Below the pieces are notes generated by a model, which was not told where the DNA came from, made no database searches, and was given only the letters and a program-made list of their open reading frames with translations. A DNA stretch of 64,000 nt from Tubulanus polymorphus (taxonomy: Eukaryota > Animalia > Nemertea), in contig NC_134030.1 in NCBI RefSeq assembly GCF_964204645.1, positions 21,040,210 to 21,104,209 of the forward strand, written 5' to 3'. Position 1 is the first letter of the stretch. Every line of letters begins with the position of its first letter. The translations under genes and the position numbers were made by a program. Positions 1 to 13,790 of the stretch are shown here, one piece after another.

Positions 1-2254
1 AATAATTCAAAACTTAAAACCTATGTAAAACAATAAAATCGGTAGCAAAATATCAAAAACAAATATCTATGTTTTTCTCAGTGTAAACGTCTTTCTGAAT
101 GGGTCGATGCGGTGGATGAAATGCTTATCAACGATACAATGGGTCAAAATCGGTCGCATCATTAAGGGGACGTGTTGCTGAATCTTCGATTATTAAGTCA
201 TTTTAATTGCGTTTTCATTATGAAGATAGAACGTGTCAAAAAGTTAAGCCTGTTAAAACTTAGAATGTTTCTGGATTTCCGAAAGCTCTTATGACGCCAT
301 CAAGTTGAATACTATTCAATATTCATAATCATTATCATTGATCAAAGACTCTGAGTCTGTCTCGTAACTTGATGATATAAAATGCTACCCTTGAATAAAA
401 GATATTTTCGAATGCGACTTTGATATATTTGGATATATTCGTAACGTCGAATAAATCATTAGTTTCTATAGGAAACAATTTCAACAAGTTTCATAATGAA
501 ATAGCTAAGCTAAACTATAGTGTACGTACGGTGAATATGGTCCCGAGAAAGGCGGTCAGAATTACGAGGAACCTCCACATCACGATTGTTCGACTGATCC
601 ACGTGTTTGGTGATAATCCTAAAATTGCCTAATCCAGGAATTTGGATCCAGTCCCGCAGTTGTAAGAGTTTAAGTCGACTTCGAGTTAAGATTATTTGTT
701 CATTACTTCCGATATTTTAACTCTAAAACCAACTTTTGGAAGAACTATGGAAGTGGATCCTGCAACGCGCTGGTCGTTCGCTCCGCGATACGCTGACAAA
801 CTGGTGAACAGCAGAATTTATTGAAAGTTTTAGACGTCTGGGCGATAAAAGTTGTGCGTCGGTGAATAAATCATCAGCTTCCTGCTCGAGCAAAAACAAG
901 TCGTGTGCATTTTTGTAAAGATGCGAAAGAGTGGTCACATCAGCGCCAGTGTAAATACACTTGAAATTAATGACGATTGCTGCTGGAACTACAGAGCCCC
1001 GTATCCGGGACGGATGGTTAGTTGATTCCGAGTTCCGGTTAAAGAATTCCCTACGGTTACGCTCATTCTGTACTGTACTTGTTTTTCTATTCTAAATCGA
1101 ACTGTATGAACCTGTTTTAATATTTGAATTGTCCCGCCATGATTTAGTACTGGAAATCACGTGATTTCTTGGGCTTTGTCGAGAGCTTTGAGTTTTGTTC
1201 TTTTGAAATTAATTTTGGTAGTATCTTATCATGTAATAATCCTTTCTTGTAGAAACATGTATTTTCGGTAATGAATCGTAGTAACAGAGAGAATGTCGTC
1301 GTATTTTCTGGTCGTAACACCTACAGTCCTCAAAAATCTGAACTTGATGTTTTCCATGGATGTACTGTCTTATCCGAGTAAGAGGTTTTGTGTTGTATGT
1401 ACAGCCGCGATCACACGGAGACGATTTTACCCGGGCCAAAGCGGCACGGATCAGGTGACGATTTAGTTCCGTTCGACAGGAGTTACAATATTACATTACA
1501 GATTATGTCAATGGTATAATTATCACGTATAGATAAAGAGGATATCGAATTGAATCTGAAGATGCGCAATGTCAACAGGTTAGCAGAAAACTCTCTTGTT
1601 AGAACATTAATTAACCCACTCCCCAATCCAAAGAGTTTCCAATCTACTGAAGATTCAATCGAATGGGCGTCGAGTTACATATAAAACGATCCACGTACAA
1701 GAACGTACAGGGCTATCAAAAATCTATTATTTTCAACCACGTTAACGTCAATCGTGTACATATGGATTTTAACATCCAAATTTGAGGGGGGGTCCGGACA
1801 CCCTGACATCCCCCTAGATCCGCCTCTGTCAGTTCAATAATCTACCAGTAAAGAAGGCTTCTATATCGCACATACTCGTGTGCACATACATTCGTTTGAA
1901 GTCTAGTGTATGACACGAAAACATCTAGAACCAATATCAACTTTTATCACGAGAAGAACCAGTAGAGAATTGTACCGTATTCCTCAAACTCTACTCTATC
2001 TGACACCAACTCGGGGTAGAAATAACCAGTGTCACCTCAAGGAAACTTGCATATCAAAAACCCATGGAGCCCAATTGATGCTATTCATTAAATTGAATAC
2101 AAAAAGGAAATGAATTCAAAAAACCTTGATATGAGTTTTCATTAATAAAGTTCTTATCACTAGGTTATATCTTTTTCCGAGAATTGTGGAGGAGCCATGT
2201 CAAAACCTAGGACAATTAATATGATAATTTAGCAGAATGTTCACCGTAAATTGC

Positions 2255-3190
2255 TGCGTCAAGGGGATACCCCCTCCAACCCGCGTCAAGGGGATACCCC
2301 CACTCACCCGCATCAAGAGGATACCCCCTCCCACCCGCGTCAAGAGGATATCCCCACTCACCCGCATCAAGAGGATACCCCCACTCACCCGCATCAAGGG
2401 GATACCCCCACTCACCCGCATCAAGAGGATACCCCTCTCAACCGCATCAAGAGGATACCCCCACTCACCCGCATCAAGAGGATACCCCTCTCAACCGCAT
2501 CAAGAGGATACCCCCGATCACCCGCATCAAGGGGATACCCCTCCTACCCGCGTCAAGATGATACCCCACTCACCCGCGTCAAGAGGATACCCCCACTCAC
2601 CCGCATCAAGAGGATACCCCTCTCAACCGCATCAAGAGGATACCCCCACTCACCCGCATCAAGGGGATACCCCTCCCACCTGCGTCAAGATGATACCCCA
2701 CTCACCCGCGTCAAGAGGATACCCCCACTCACCCGCATCAAGAGGATACCCCTCTCAACCGCATCAAGAGGATACCCCCACTCACCCGCATCAAGGGGAT
2801 ACCCCTCCCACCCGCGTCAAGATGATACCCCCACTCACCCGCATCAAGGGGATACCCCTCCCACCCGCGTCAAGGGGATACCCCCTCCCACCCGCGTCAA
2901 GATGATACCCCCACTCACCCGCATCAAGAGGATACCCCTCTCAACCGCATCAAGAGGATACCCCCACTCACCCGCATCAAGAGGATACCCCTCTCAACCG
3001 CATCAAGAGGATACCCCCACTCACCCGCATCAAGGGGATACCCCTCCCACCCGCATCAAGGGGATACCCCCACTCATCCGCATCAATGGGATACCCCCAC
3101 TCATCCGCATCAAGGGGATACCCCCTCCCACCCGCATCAAGAGGATACCCCCACTCACCCGCTTCAAGAGGATACCCCTTCCCACCCACT
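2255..3190. repeat. GC-rich minisatellite, 26-27 bp unit (gcatcaagaggatacccccactcaccc), ~35 copies
   Basis: Tandem repeats visible directly. They explain the repetitive ORFs at 2200-3302. Confidence 0.95.
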
Positions 3191-4940
3191 TTGATCCGCA
3201 CACATGTTTCAGGAGGATGACCCTGGATAGAGAATCTGATTGCCTAGTCTCTGATGGACACTGATTCTTTAGTGCATTTTTAGCCGATGCCAATGCTTTC
3301 AATTCGTTCCGGTGTAAACACCATTATCATATAATTACGCGAAATGAATTTGCATTCAACAATCTAAATCTCCGTATACTGTAGGATTGTGATGTACGGT
3401 TACAGTGTACCGTTTACTTCAATGGTGATTCTGATATATTTTATGTGTAATTCGTACCAGTGTAAAGCACCATTTCATGTATAATTTGTTACATTATAGT
3501 TTTTTTGTCATATACCACGAACCGTTAACTTTCACTGCAATTTAGGGGCTAAAACTCGGTATCCATTCGACGCGTCAAAATCGCTTCGTGGATCAACTTT
3601 AAAAATGAAAACGTCATATTCAACCAATACATCACACAGAGTTATAATGTTGAATCGATTTTGATTAATTAAATTAAAACTACACCATAATCATGTACAA
3701 CAATTTATGATCGATTTACGTGAATTTGAATAACATCGCAATTAATAACTGCACTCAACACCAGGTGTCAGTGTGACACAACACTTGCACTAAATTTATC
3801 CAGTTAGGTTTAAGTTTATACAAATCCCCTCCAGTAAATTGTGTATATAGGCGTGATATATGTTGTCTGTAAATAGTTTTACTGAAGATTAGATTTTAAA
3901 TTTTGTTGTGGAATCATTTCCCTATTTTGTTTTTGTCTGTATGTATATATGTATATAATTCTGTTCATGTTTTGTAAATTTGTATATTTCATAGTTTGCA
4001 TTCAATCTTGCCTCCACGAACCAATCTTATGATTGGAGTGAAATAAATATCTTGTCTTATAGCACTCGGAATCGTGGAAGTGCTTCAGATATTCGATATT
4101 TCAAGATACAAAGATAGCCGAGAGCTTACCGTTTAGGTTTCCAACTAATAAGCTCACAAAATTATCGGACAATATGTCACTTTTCAGGATAATTTGCTAT
4201 ACATTCACCAACAACCAACAGTACTCACTGATTCATTTCACTATAATCGATGTTGCAACATATTCAAATTAGATGCTAATGATACATACAGCGCCCCTAG
4301 CGTTTATTAATAGCTACCGCGGTGTGTAGTACCATAGAACTATAAGCGAACGAGAAGGCCGACTCCTCAAAAATCCGCTAGGCATCGCTAGTAATCTTGT
4401 GTTTTGTTCAGCGCCCTCAGCGGTGGCGATAAACAATAGATTTTGTAGACTGGTTGCCGGTCTCTATTCTTAATTTAGCGTTTTTCATTGATTTGTTTAA
4501 GTCTTAATACCAAATGTTGATAAACAGTAATGTTCAATGCTCGCAGTGATTAATATAATCGAAAATATTTCCGAGAACCTATTGTTTATCGCTACCGATG
4601 AGGGCGCTTATCAATTTCGAAGATAGCAAAGGCAAATGTATTGTGACGTCGCGGATTTGGCCTTCCCTACCGCTTTTAGTTCTATGGTAGTACACGTAAC
4701 AAGTGTCTCGTTGAAATGTATAAGATAATTTGATTTCTTTGCGTTGGCGTCTTGGTATCGAAGTGATGCATCTACAACAGTAAGTACGCGCTCGTGTCAA
4801 GGTCTGAAGAGGTGTTTATATTAACATTAAGCCACCACCAGTGCGATCTCGTGTCAAGGTGTTTCCTACAAACATGTTTTTCGAATTCATCTGAAATGTT
4901 TTCACATTCTGTTTAGTGCGAACTTTGACTTACAAATATT

Positions 4941-7900
4941 TCAGCGAGGTCTCCAAACCCGTTTATTTCTGGCCCGAATTGATTTAACATCAATAGTGAG
5001 GATGGTGTAAAGAAGTGGATTCAGTGACGAGTTGATCGGTAGGAAAAGTACCGCCAACCAAGCCGCCACTTGGTTCGGTATTTCTACTCGGAATACAGCG
5101 CAGAACTGGACGATGATTATCGGTATCCAACAAAATAAGTTACACAGATTTATCACTAAACTCCTACGCGCCAGAACCAATTCGGTAGGATCAGCTCTAC
5201 CCGAGCCGGACCTGCTTCCAGATACGAGTCTATACATCTGTGCATACGTCATCATTATTGAAACAAGTACGACCGAGTTAAACACGGCAAATAAAGCAAA
5301 TGAATATTGCCAGGCGTGGACATTGATGGATAATAAATTCATAGGTAAACAAACACCGGTTGTGCCGTAGAAATTATCTCCGAAATAAGAAGATGACGAT
5401 AGCGGCAGCATTGAAACGATGCTTAAATTGATCCAACATATGCAACAAATCCCGGATACAGAATTCAAAGATATAATTGGGCTTCTAGAAAATGGATCGA
5501 CGATATTCGAGTATCTTTGACGGGTAAGAATTAGGAGAAAAATCAATGATCCCTCGCACGAAAGGGTCACTATAATTCCAGCGAGTCGACACAATGAACT
5601 ATCTGTCCAAGTTTCAGAGTTTAGGAAATAAACACCTTTAAAGACGTAATCGGCTCCTGCGATCAGAAACAGATAAATCGACATCAGAAAATCACAGGTG
5701 GCAATATTAATGATGAGGATATCAGAAGATGTGTTACGCGATTCGGATGATGCTTTCCGAAACGCTCGGACGCGAAGTAAAATGACAATGATGTTTGCAA
5801 CAAAGCTGAATGAAGCGATCGCCCAAATGATTGCTCTAAGAACAATATTAACCATCAGGTCGGAACAAGATGAAAATTGGTCGGCTTTCGGGAGACACTG
5901 GTCAACATTCGGAACCATGCAACAAAATTTGTACGCGTCAGAAGCCAAAGAACTCAATAATGTAAGACTGTCAAAAACGTTTTTTTCTACGTGTATGACT
6001 TTAGCATTTTTGGTTAGATCCAGATTTCTAAGTTTTGTTAAGCCAGAAAATGCGTTCGGTGAAATATAATTGATTTTGTTACTGCTGATATTTAATGACT
6101 CTAAAGCGGATAAACCACTGAACACATTCCTACTGAGTAGCGACAAGGAAAGTCCGTGAAGATCGAGATCGCTTAATGACTTTAAACCTTGAAAACTGCC
6201 TTCTTCTAAATATCTTACTGGATTTCCAAACATCAGAAGTATTTTCACACTATACAAACCGGCGAATGTATTCGCGGACAATGACATTAAGCGATTATAT
6301 GTAAGATCTAATGTATGTAGATTATGTAGGTTTGAGAACGAGTTTGGAACAATATAAGACAAATTGTTACGTGAAATATTGAGGAAATGTAGATAGAGGT
6401 AAGAAGAAAACGTGGACTCATTGAATACAACTCGGTTTTCTGATAAAATCAGAACTCGAGTTGATGCCGAGAAAAGATCAGTAATTTCTACTAAACCAGC
6501 ATCATCGCAATCAATTAAATGACCTTGACATCTACAATTTTTCGGACACGTGACGTCGCAGTAAGTCTCGTCATCAGTGGTATGTTTACAATTGATGACA
6601 CCATCACAAACTTCAGATTGAGGTATACATCGGTTTTCCTGGCCACATTTGAACATGCCGGGACATGATAAAGTCTCGCAGTTTTGCTCGTCTTCTGAAT
6701 TAGGACAATCGGATCGACCATCGCACACCTGTCCCATCGGTATACAGTAAGATGCTGGACATTTTACAGTACCAGCTGGACATTTGAAATCAGTACAACC
6801 TTGTATATTTTCGAGCCTTCTACATACCGGGTAACCAATCGGCGTCCTTTCTAAAATACATCTATGACGTCTCGAATAACAATGAGGAGAATCGAAAGAA
6901 CATCTTTGTTCATCAGATTTCTTACATAAGTTTGCGAAATTAGTCGTACAGTAGTTTTCATCATTACAGTGAGTTTTCGGGTTAACAGTTATATTGGTTA
7001 CTATCTCATCTTCCTCGAGGCTACCACCACAATCTACAACACCATCCCGATACAACAGAGAACTGATACATTCACCATTTACACACAAAAACCCGTTACA
7101 TTCATCTGAAGAGCAGCCGATCTCATCAGATTTATCTTTACAATCAACCAGTCCATCACATCGTTTATATTTACCCACACATTGTCCATTGCTACACTTA
7201 AACTGTTCAGAGGAACATGAAGTATGATAGCACGAGTTCTCATCTGATCCGTCAGCGCAATCTCGTACAAAATCGCACACATTACTCACATATATAACTC
7301 GTCCATCTGAACAGTGGAACTGACTCTGTAAGTTTGAACCCGAACAATCGAGTTCATCTTCACCGTGTTGACAGTCGTTTCTGTTATCACATACGCGATG
7401 GTCGCTGATACATCGTTGATCGTTACATTTAAACTGCCACGATTTACAACCGCTTATAGAAGCCAACTCTTCACCAGTTTCATTGTAGGAACATAGCACG
7501 GAATGCGGTACATCTGTGACATTATCGAGGGCAGTCATTGACCATTTCACTGTTTTTATATATGTTATTTCATCTTTAGTTACAATTGGTTTTAAAGCCA
7601 GAATTCTGTTATTTGTTGCCTTTGCTAGTATAGCACCATATTGATGTTCATAACGAAATGTTTGAATCAAATTTTCAATTCTTATATTATTGGATATTAC
7701 ACCCATTTCGCCACCGATTGCAAGACACATTTTCTCTGCTTCCCGAATTGACAATGTGTGAGTATCCCAGGCTGTAAGTATCTGATAGCAATTTCCTTCT
7801 ACATCAATCCGTCCTTTTAAACATGTCGAGTTAACTATCTCAAATATCTGAGAAACATTTTTCTCTGGGATATCAAATCCTTGATTGTAGATAGTTGTGT

Positions 7901-10900
7901 AGTTATTTGTGTCTTTTTCACAAATGAAAGTTGTTCGAGTCTCCTCGATTTGACACGGGAATCGAACCCAGTTCGCTGATCCTCGTGGATTATTCAGTAT
8001 CATCGCCGTACACGGCATATTGACGTCATTTATCGGTTGTTTTCGTAGAGGAGATATCAATCCTTGAATAACTTCTGGTATCGTTTCGTTTATCATAGCA
8101 GGTTTAAACCACTCTGTGTAGCTCAATGGTTTACCATCAGTCCACGTATAATAACCATCATTCTGTTTAGAGATAAAATTCAGTTTGTGGACTTCGATAT
8201 AAATCTGTTTCAATTAATATTAGAGATTTTAGAATTTTAGTAGAGAATGAATGATTTACTTTTGTACCAAATCCAAAAACATTTTCAACAACAATCAATG
8301 AAAGTTTGAGAACAAAAATGTTCATACTATACTTTGAAATTACCTGCCATTTTAGCCCAATCATCAAAATAAGTGCCACCTGTGAATATGCCTCCAGGAG
8401 CAGTTTCGTAGCGAACAGTTTTTTTACTGCGATCATTTCATCTTGTGAGTTGATACTGAGAAGATATCCTCCGTATTTCTGTTGACAGTAAATTTCAGCG
8501 TTCTCCCAATTCAGACGTTCATGTTTGATGTATCTGATACACGAAACACCTGAATCTAGAAAATCTGATCCGCAGCCATTATTCAGATGTTTTTGTAAAG
8601 ACGCTTGTTCTAAAGCGTATTGAATTTGAAATATCGGGATATAGTGTTTCGCTTCGAAGTAAACGTCGTGCCCGAGTAGACTGTATAACACAATTCCAGG
8701 TACTGCGTTATTTTCACATATTCTAGTCTCGTGGTGCTGGTCGGCTTTTTGATTACCAGGTTCAATGATAATTTGTACCAGTAATAGAAAATCTCGAACT
8801 AAATGACTATTAGAAGAGCTACACGAGGCTTGACCAATAGATTTCAACAGGAATCTGATGTAATAATTCAAATGTTTTTGGTAATGGAATGAGTAGTACA
8901 AACTTGATATACTGCGACGGAAAAGATATCCCGGATATTCCGGCGACTGTACGATTCCGCATTCCGCTCGCATCGGCGGGATGTATGCAAAATTATAAGA
9001 ATTAAGTACCGGGGAATCTTGATCTGCCATCAATCCTTGGCATTTACGTCGTAGCACAATCATCAGTAGATTACTCCAGAAGCTATAACTACCTCTTTTG
9101 AAAATCAGATGATTTATATAGAGACGGCTATTCAGTAATTGAGTTACAAGAGTAACATGGGGACATACACGATGACCACGGACACATTTGTCAATTTGAT
9201 ATTCATATTCAGATAAAACATACACATTCTTTAAAGGAAGGCGCCGGTTTTCAGGTGTAATCACGAAACAGTGTGACGTCATAGTGATATGGTTTTCTCC
9301 TTCCTGCAGAACATACCCGTCACAATCAGTAGGGGTGAATACTAGATAGGCTGCCGAATCAACTATCAACCAATTAACCCAGTTATCCCAGTTATAAGCG
9401 TATCCTACTACAGTAACCGGTCCTCCTGATGTAATCAGACTGACGAAGTCACGACCGTATTTATAACTAGGACAATACGGACCATAGCGTCTAGCTGTAA
9501 AATTACCACCATCATATATATAAAATCCAGCTCGCTCGCACGTCTCTGATAAAACTGTTAGTTTTAATCTATCCTCATAAATATCAACTTTCCGCTTGAA
9601 TTCTATCGTATTTAGACGATACGTTAATGCTGCCATCCTTGACCGCGGGAACAGAGACCTAGCTGGCAAAGAGTAACTTGAGCGAGATAACTACAAAATA
9701 ATAAAGAATCAACATTTATCGAGATATTCTATGGTTGTTTGTGTGTGGACCCTCTACTGTCTTTCATAAAAAGTCTGTCTCCGTACGAGAGTTTTCGTTA
9801 ATAATCCGTTGATTAACCTTTATCATGCATCAATTAGTGTTCTGTAAGGAATTTGCACTCAGAAATAAACTACGATTTTGACTTGTTGTCTTTTCGTTCA
9901 TCGGCGGTAGTTTTCTTGGCATACGCTCGCGTAATGCTGAAAAACCGCTCCGCTCCTATTATATTACTATTAACTACCTAGTTTGGTAACGAATTAGTTT
10001 GGCTTCATAGAAATTCATTATTACTCGAATTTTCTTCGAAGAAAGAATGATTCATTTCATATTCAGATATTTCGTTTTTGGTGTAAAAAACAAACCTAAG
10101 ATTTTTCCTAGAGAAAACCGAGTAGTGATTTTATTTACCTTGCGTTTGTAGACTTGTACGTCTCCTATAGAAATAGATTTCACTTCAAATTCAATTTTAA
10201 CATTCGATTGTAAAACACCTGGTCTTATCAAAACGCACAGTATGACGAGAAAGCCGTCAGATTTAACACTCAGTGATTCCAGGTAGTTGTAACCGAGTAA
10301 AATATCAGTTCCTACAACGCGTAACCCTTCTAGTTTATATACACCGATGACGTCACCGGATGTGCTAAGATCACGTGTCCTGTTGAAGACGACGTACTGT
10401 AACACCTGCACTGTGATAGACCAGCAGTGTAAGTGTTTTGATCGAGTTATTACGTGTAAACTGTTGTCATCAGGAATGAGTACTCCAGACTCGTTATTAG
10501 AGATTTGAATTAACTTATTAGAGACGTTCCAATCAGATATTCTATATACGTGAACTGATAGTTGTGAGTTGATGGGTTGGTTTTGTAGCAAACTGATAAT
10601 GGCTTTGTTTGTTTTAGTATAAAACGATGAAGGTGGATGCCCGGTTTGTTCTTGTATAACAGCTATAGGTTCACTGGTGTTCCATCCATCGTAAATTTGA
10701 ACAGTTGTCGCTGAATCAGCGCCAGGATTTAACCTGAAATCTATCTGTGTAAACGTCAAATTCATCGCAAAACCATCCGGGATCCCGATCCATTCCAAAT
10801 ATAATCTACATTGACGTAAATATAATGCGAATTTGTATCCCGTCGAAGTTGAAATTGTATTTATCCTGAAATTGTATTTTCTGCAGTTGTAAATTAATTT

Positions 10901-11341
10901 CAACCGGCTCCGTTCATAACCATATGTGACATAAACCCGACTACCCTGCGCACCATCGACGTTACTTTTAAACATCAACGAGATCGAATCGTTACGGCGG
11001 ATTACATGTTTTCCTTCACCGCAGAATCTGTTATCGGACTCACCGACGAGAAGGTAGTTATCACTACAGAATATCGACGGCTCGATGTCGTAGTATAGTT
11101 TGATGTTGAAAGTTCCCGGTAAAGAGCTGTTGACGAACCAACGACATTCAACGCCGCGCGTAAACGACGGGTAATTCGGTGAAACGATGTAACCGGACGT
11201 AGAATCGACGGGGTACCAAGTGTTGTTACAAGACGAGCTGACCGTCACAGAGTCAGACAGATCAGCGTGTGCGATGTTAACTCGCCAGACGATCAGCGAC
11301 GCTATAAACAGCGCTCTCAGTCGATCCATACCGAACAGCAT
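4941..11341 (-). CDS. GRL101-like LDLa-LRR G-protein-coupled receptor with N-terminal CUB and C-type lectin domains. 3 exons: 11341-10139, 9690-8344, 8162-4941; ~1923 aa
   Basis: Three long ORFs are joined by phase-0 GT-AG introns (AAG|gtaaat...tgtag|TTA; CAG|gtaatt...aacag|AAT). Signal peptide, CUB (GYIVSPNYP..CRW), a CTL split by intron 2 (WENAEIYC..LLSINS / YTWTDG..YTEW), ~7 LDLa repeats (C..DC.DGSDE), LRRs, hinge FCC..DQFSSCSDL, and a 7TM ending NSSLNPLLY. Start could be ATG 11341 or 11329. Confidence 0.9.
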
Positions 11342-11639
11342 CAACACGACAGAATGAACCGAATCATTCAAACTTTAGTTCGTCGAATAACAACCGAGCA
11401 CAAATTACAGTTCGTCCAATCAGAAAATTCGCTGAGAATTCTTTGAAATAGATATTTTTCGTTGCTGCTGCAATTATTTTGAAACCGATTCTAATCAAGC
11501 GTTCAATTTTTTTTTTCGCTGAGTTCCAATCAATAACGAATATTCATATATCTACATTTCGTGTAGCTACCTACTACCTCACGTGTTTTTAGAAGTGAAA
11601 GATCGTTCACACTTCACGTATATTAGTCACGCATATTAT

Positions 11640-11945
11640 ACAGTTTTTGAAAGTGTTCTGATAAAATGTCTAATGTCTGGTGTTTGTAGTTCATTTTCAA
11701 TTAAAAATGTCTCAGGTGAAGCACTGAACACATGTGAAGTGTGGACGATCAGTTTTTGAAAGTGTGCTGATAAAATGTCTACTGTCTGGTGTTTGTAGTT
11801 CATTCTCGATTAAAAATGTCTCAGGTGAAGCACTGAACACATGTGAAGTGTGGATGATCAGTTTTTGAGAGTGTGCTGATAAAATGTCTAATGTCTGGTG
11901 TTTGTAGTTCATTTTCAATTAAAAATGTCTCAGGTGAAGTACTGT
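11640..11945 (-). repeat. 109-bp satellite family, ~3 copies
   Basis: Reverse complement of the unit aaaatgaactacaaacaccagacattagacattttatcagcacactttcaaaaactgatcgtccacacttcacatgtgttcagtgcttcacctgagacatttttaattg. Confidence 0.9.
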
Positions 11946-12614
11946 AACATATTCAAAAACGGTCTCTGTTAGACAAGAGGACTGGTTTAAACTCCCCCTC
12001 CAGTCCCCTACTGCCAGTGGGCAAGTCATGTCATTAAAAACCAATCTATAAATTCAAAGCCGTCTTAAGATTTTGAGACCACTCGATAACCAGTTTCTAA
12101 GTATCCAGAAAAAAAAAGTATACAGAAACTCTCAAAAACAGAAATATTAGTTACAGGTAGATATGTATTTTGAAACGAGGAATGATGATTCAGAGGAATC
12201 GATCGGGTTTTAGATATCAGGATAGATGAGATGGTGGTTGTTTGAAGTTCTCTCTAATTAACTTCGAGGCCTTCAGGGCTATATACGCATCGGAACAAAG
12301 AACAACCGAGCAGCGAAGTTGAACATATAATTTTCAACCGGAGCAAAATCTTTAACCGATGATAAAAAGTTGAAAAGTTCATAGATCTTCAATGCACGCA
12401 TTTTATATATCAAATACTGGTTTTTAGACTTACGAGTACAAACCGTATCCTAGGTAACAGCGCGCAAGTTTCATTGTGGGATTCGTCCTTCATCAAAGGC
12501 GCGAAATATTATCAATATTTCCATCCGAATTACAATTTCGCTTCCTGATTCGCCATCAAAAAGATAGATGTTAAAATCGGAAGCTTTTCTTAATTACAGG
12601 CATTTGAATTAAAA

Positions 12615-12955
12615 GTGCACTTTCAAAAACTGATCGTCTACACTTCACATGTGTTCACTGCTTCACCTGAGACATTTTTAATTGAAAATGAACTACAAAC
12701 ACCAGACATGAGACATTTTATCAGCACACTTTCAAAAACTGATCGTCCACACTTCACATGTGTTCAGTGCTTCGCCTGAGACATTTTTAATTGAAAATGA
12801 ACTACAAACACCAGACATTTTATCAGCACACTTTCAAAAACTGACCGTCCACACTTCACATGTGCTAGAACTTTATCCGAGATATTTTTAATTGAAAATG
12901 AACTACAAACACCAGACAGAAATTTTATCAGCACAGTTTCAAAAACTGATCGCAA
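12615..12955 (+). repeat. 109-bp satellite family, ~3 copies
   Basis: Same unit as 11640-11945, in the opposite orientation. Confidence 0.9.
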
Positions 12956-13274
12956 AACTATAGATCGTGCAGTAGAATTGAGAAAAATGATCAATGACAA
13001 TTCTGTACGCTACAACTTAATGCGACAACAATACCCTTTTATGAATCGTTAAGATTGATAATTGAAACACATACGTTGAAAAATTAATTCCAAAATGTTC
13101 CCTCGATCTAATAGTTCTAACATATCGACTATCCGTTATAACGCACTGTTGGGGCAAATGGAAAACATGGTGAACGAATTTGGCGTTATCCCGAATGGTA
13201 TTTCCATTGAATTTGAGTCAATGTCACTGTCATTTCTATAATGATTGTAATTGCTTGTAATGTAATGTCCCCTG

Positions 13275-13414
13275 GGGCCGGTTGCATAGTCATGACTTAG
13301 ATTTAAGACCAGTTTAAGACCAACTTATAGTTCTATAGCCAATCTAACAACTTAAGACCAGTCTTAAGATTTAAGACCACTTTTGGACTTAAGTCACGAC
13401 TGTGCAACTGGCCC
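13275..13414. mobile_element. PIF/Harbinger-like MITE
   Basis: TIR gggccggttgcatagtcatgactta / taagtcacgactgtgcaactggccc, with a 3-bp ctg duplication on both sides. Confidence 0.7.
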
Positions 13415-13790
13415 CTGGACCTCAGCATGTATTTATTTTGTATTGACTTGTTTAACAAAATCTATTTGTTCAAAAAAAGAAAATTGAATTTGAGTATGAT
13501 CTTAAATTCGTTCGCTGAAAATATATTTTTTTCTTTTGGGAACAGGCCCGTATCGTCATGAACGCGGGTATGTTCGTTTTTAACTATAAGTTGGAAATGA
13601 AGATTGGATTTGTGGGACCTTCGGAATTTTGAAAAACTTTATGCTTAGATATGGCCTCTGAAGGATCCCCGTTGGTATTATCAGGGAAGTGTATATCGCT
13701 TGTATTACCAATGCCTAAGAAAATGAACATAATCGATGTGTACATTTGTGGTTGATGAATAACTATAGATTAGAAGAATCAATTCAAACG

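Noticed and set aside
723-938. 71-aa minus-strand ORF
   Set aside because: GTG start, no recognisable domain and no convincing splice sites.
2200-3302. Long Pro/His/Arg-rich ORFs on both strands
   Set aside because: Translations of a 26-27 bp minisatellite, with frame switching between units.
8163-8343. Overlap of ORFs 8167-9669 and 4941-8213 suggesting a programmed frameshift
   Set aside because: Explained by a canonical 181-nt GT-AG intron that rejoins the C-type lectin domain.
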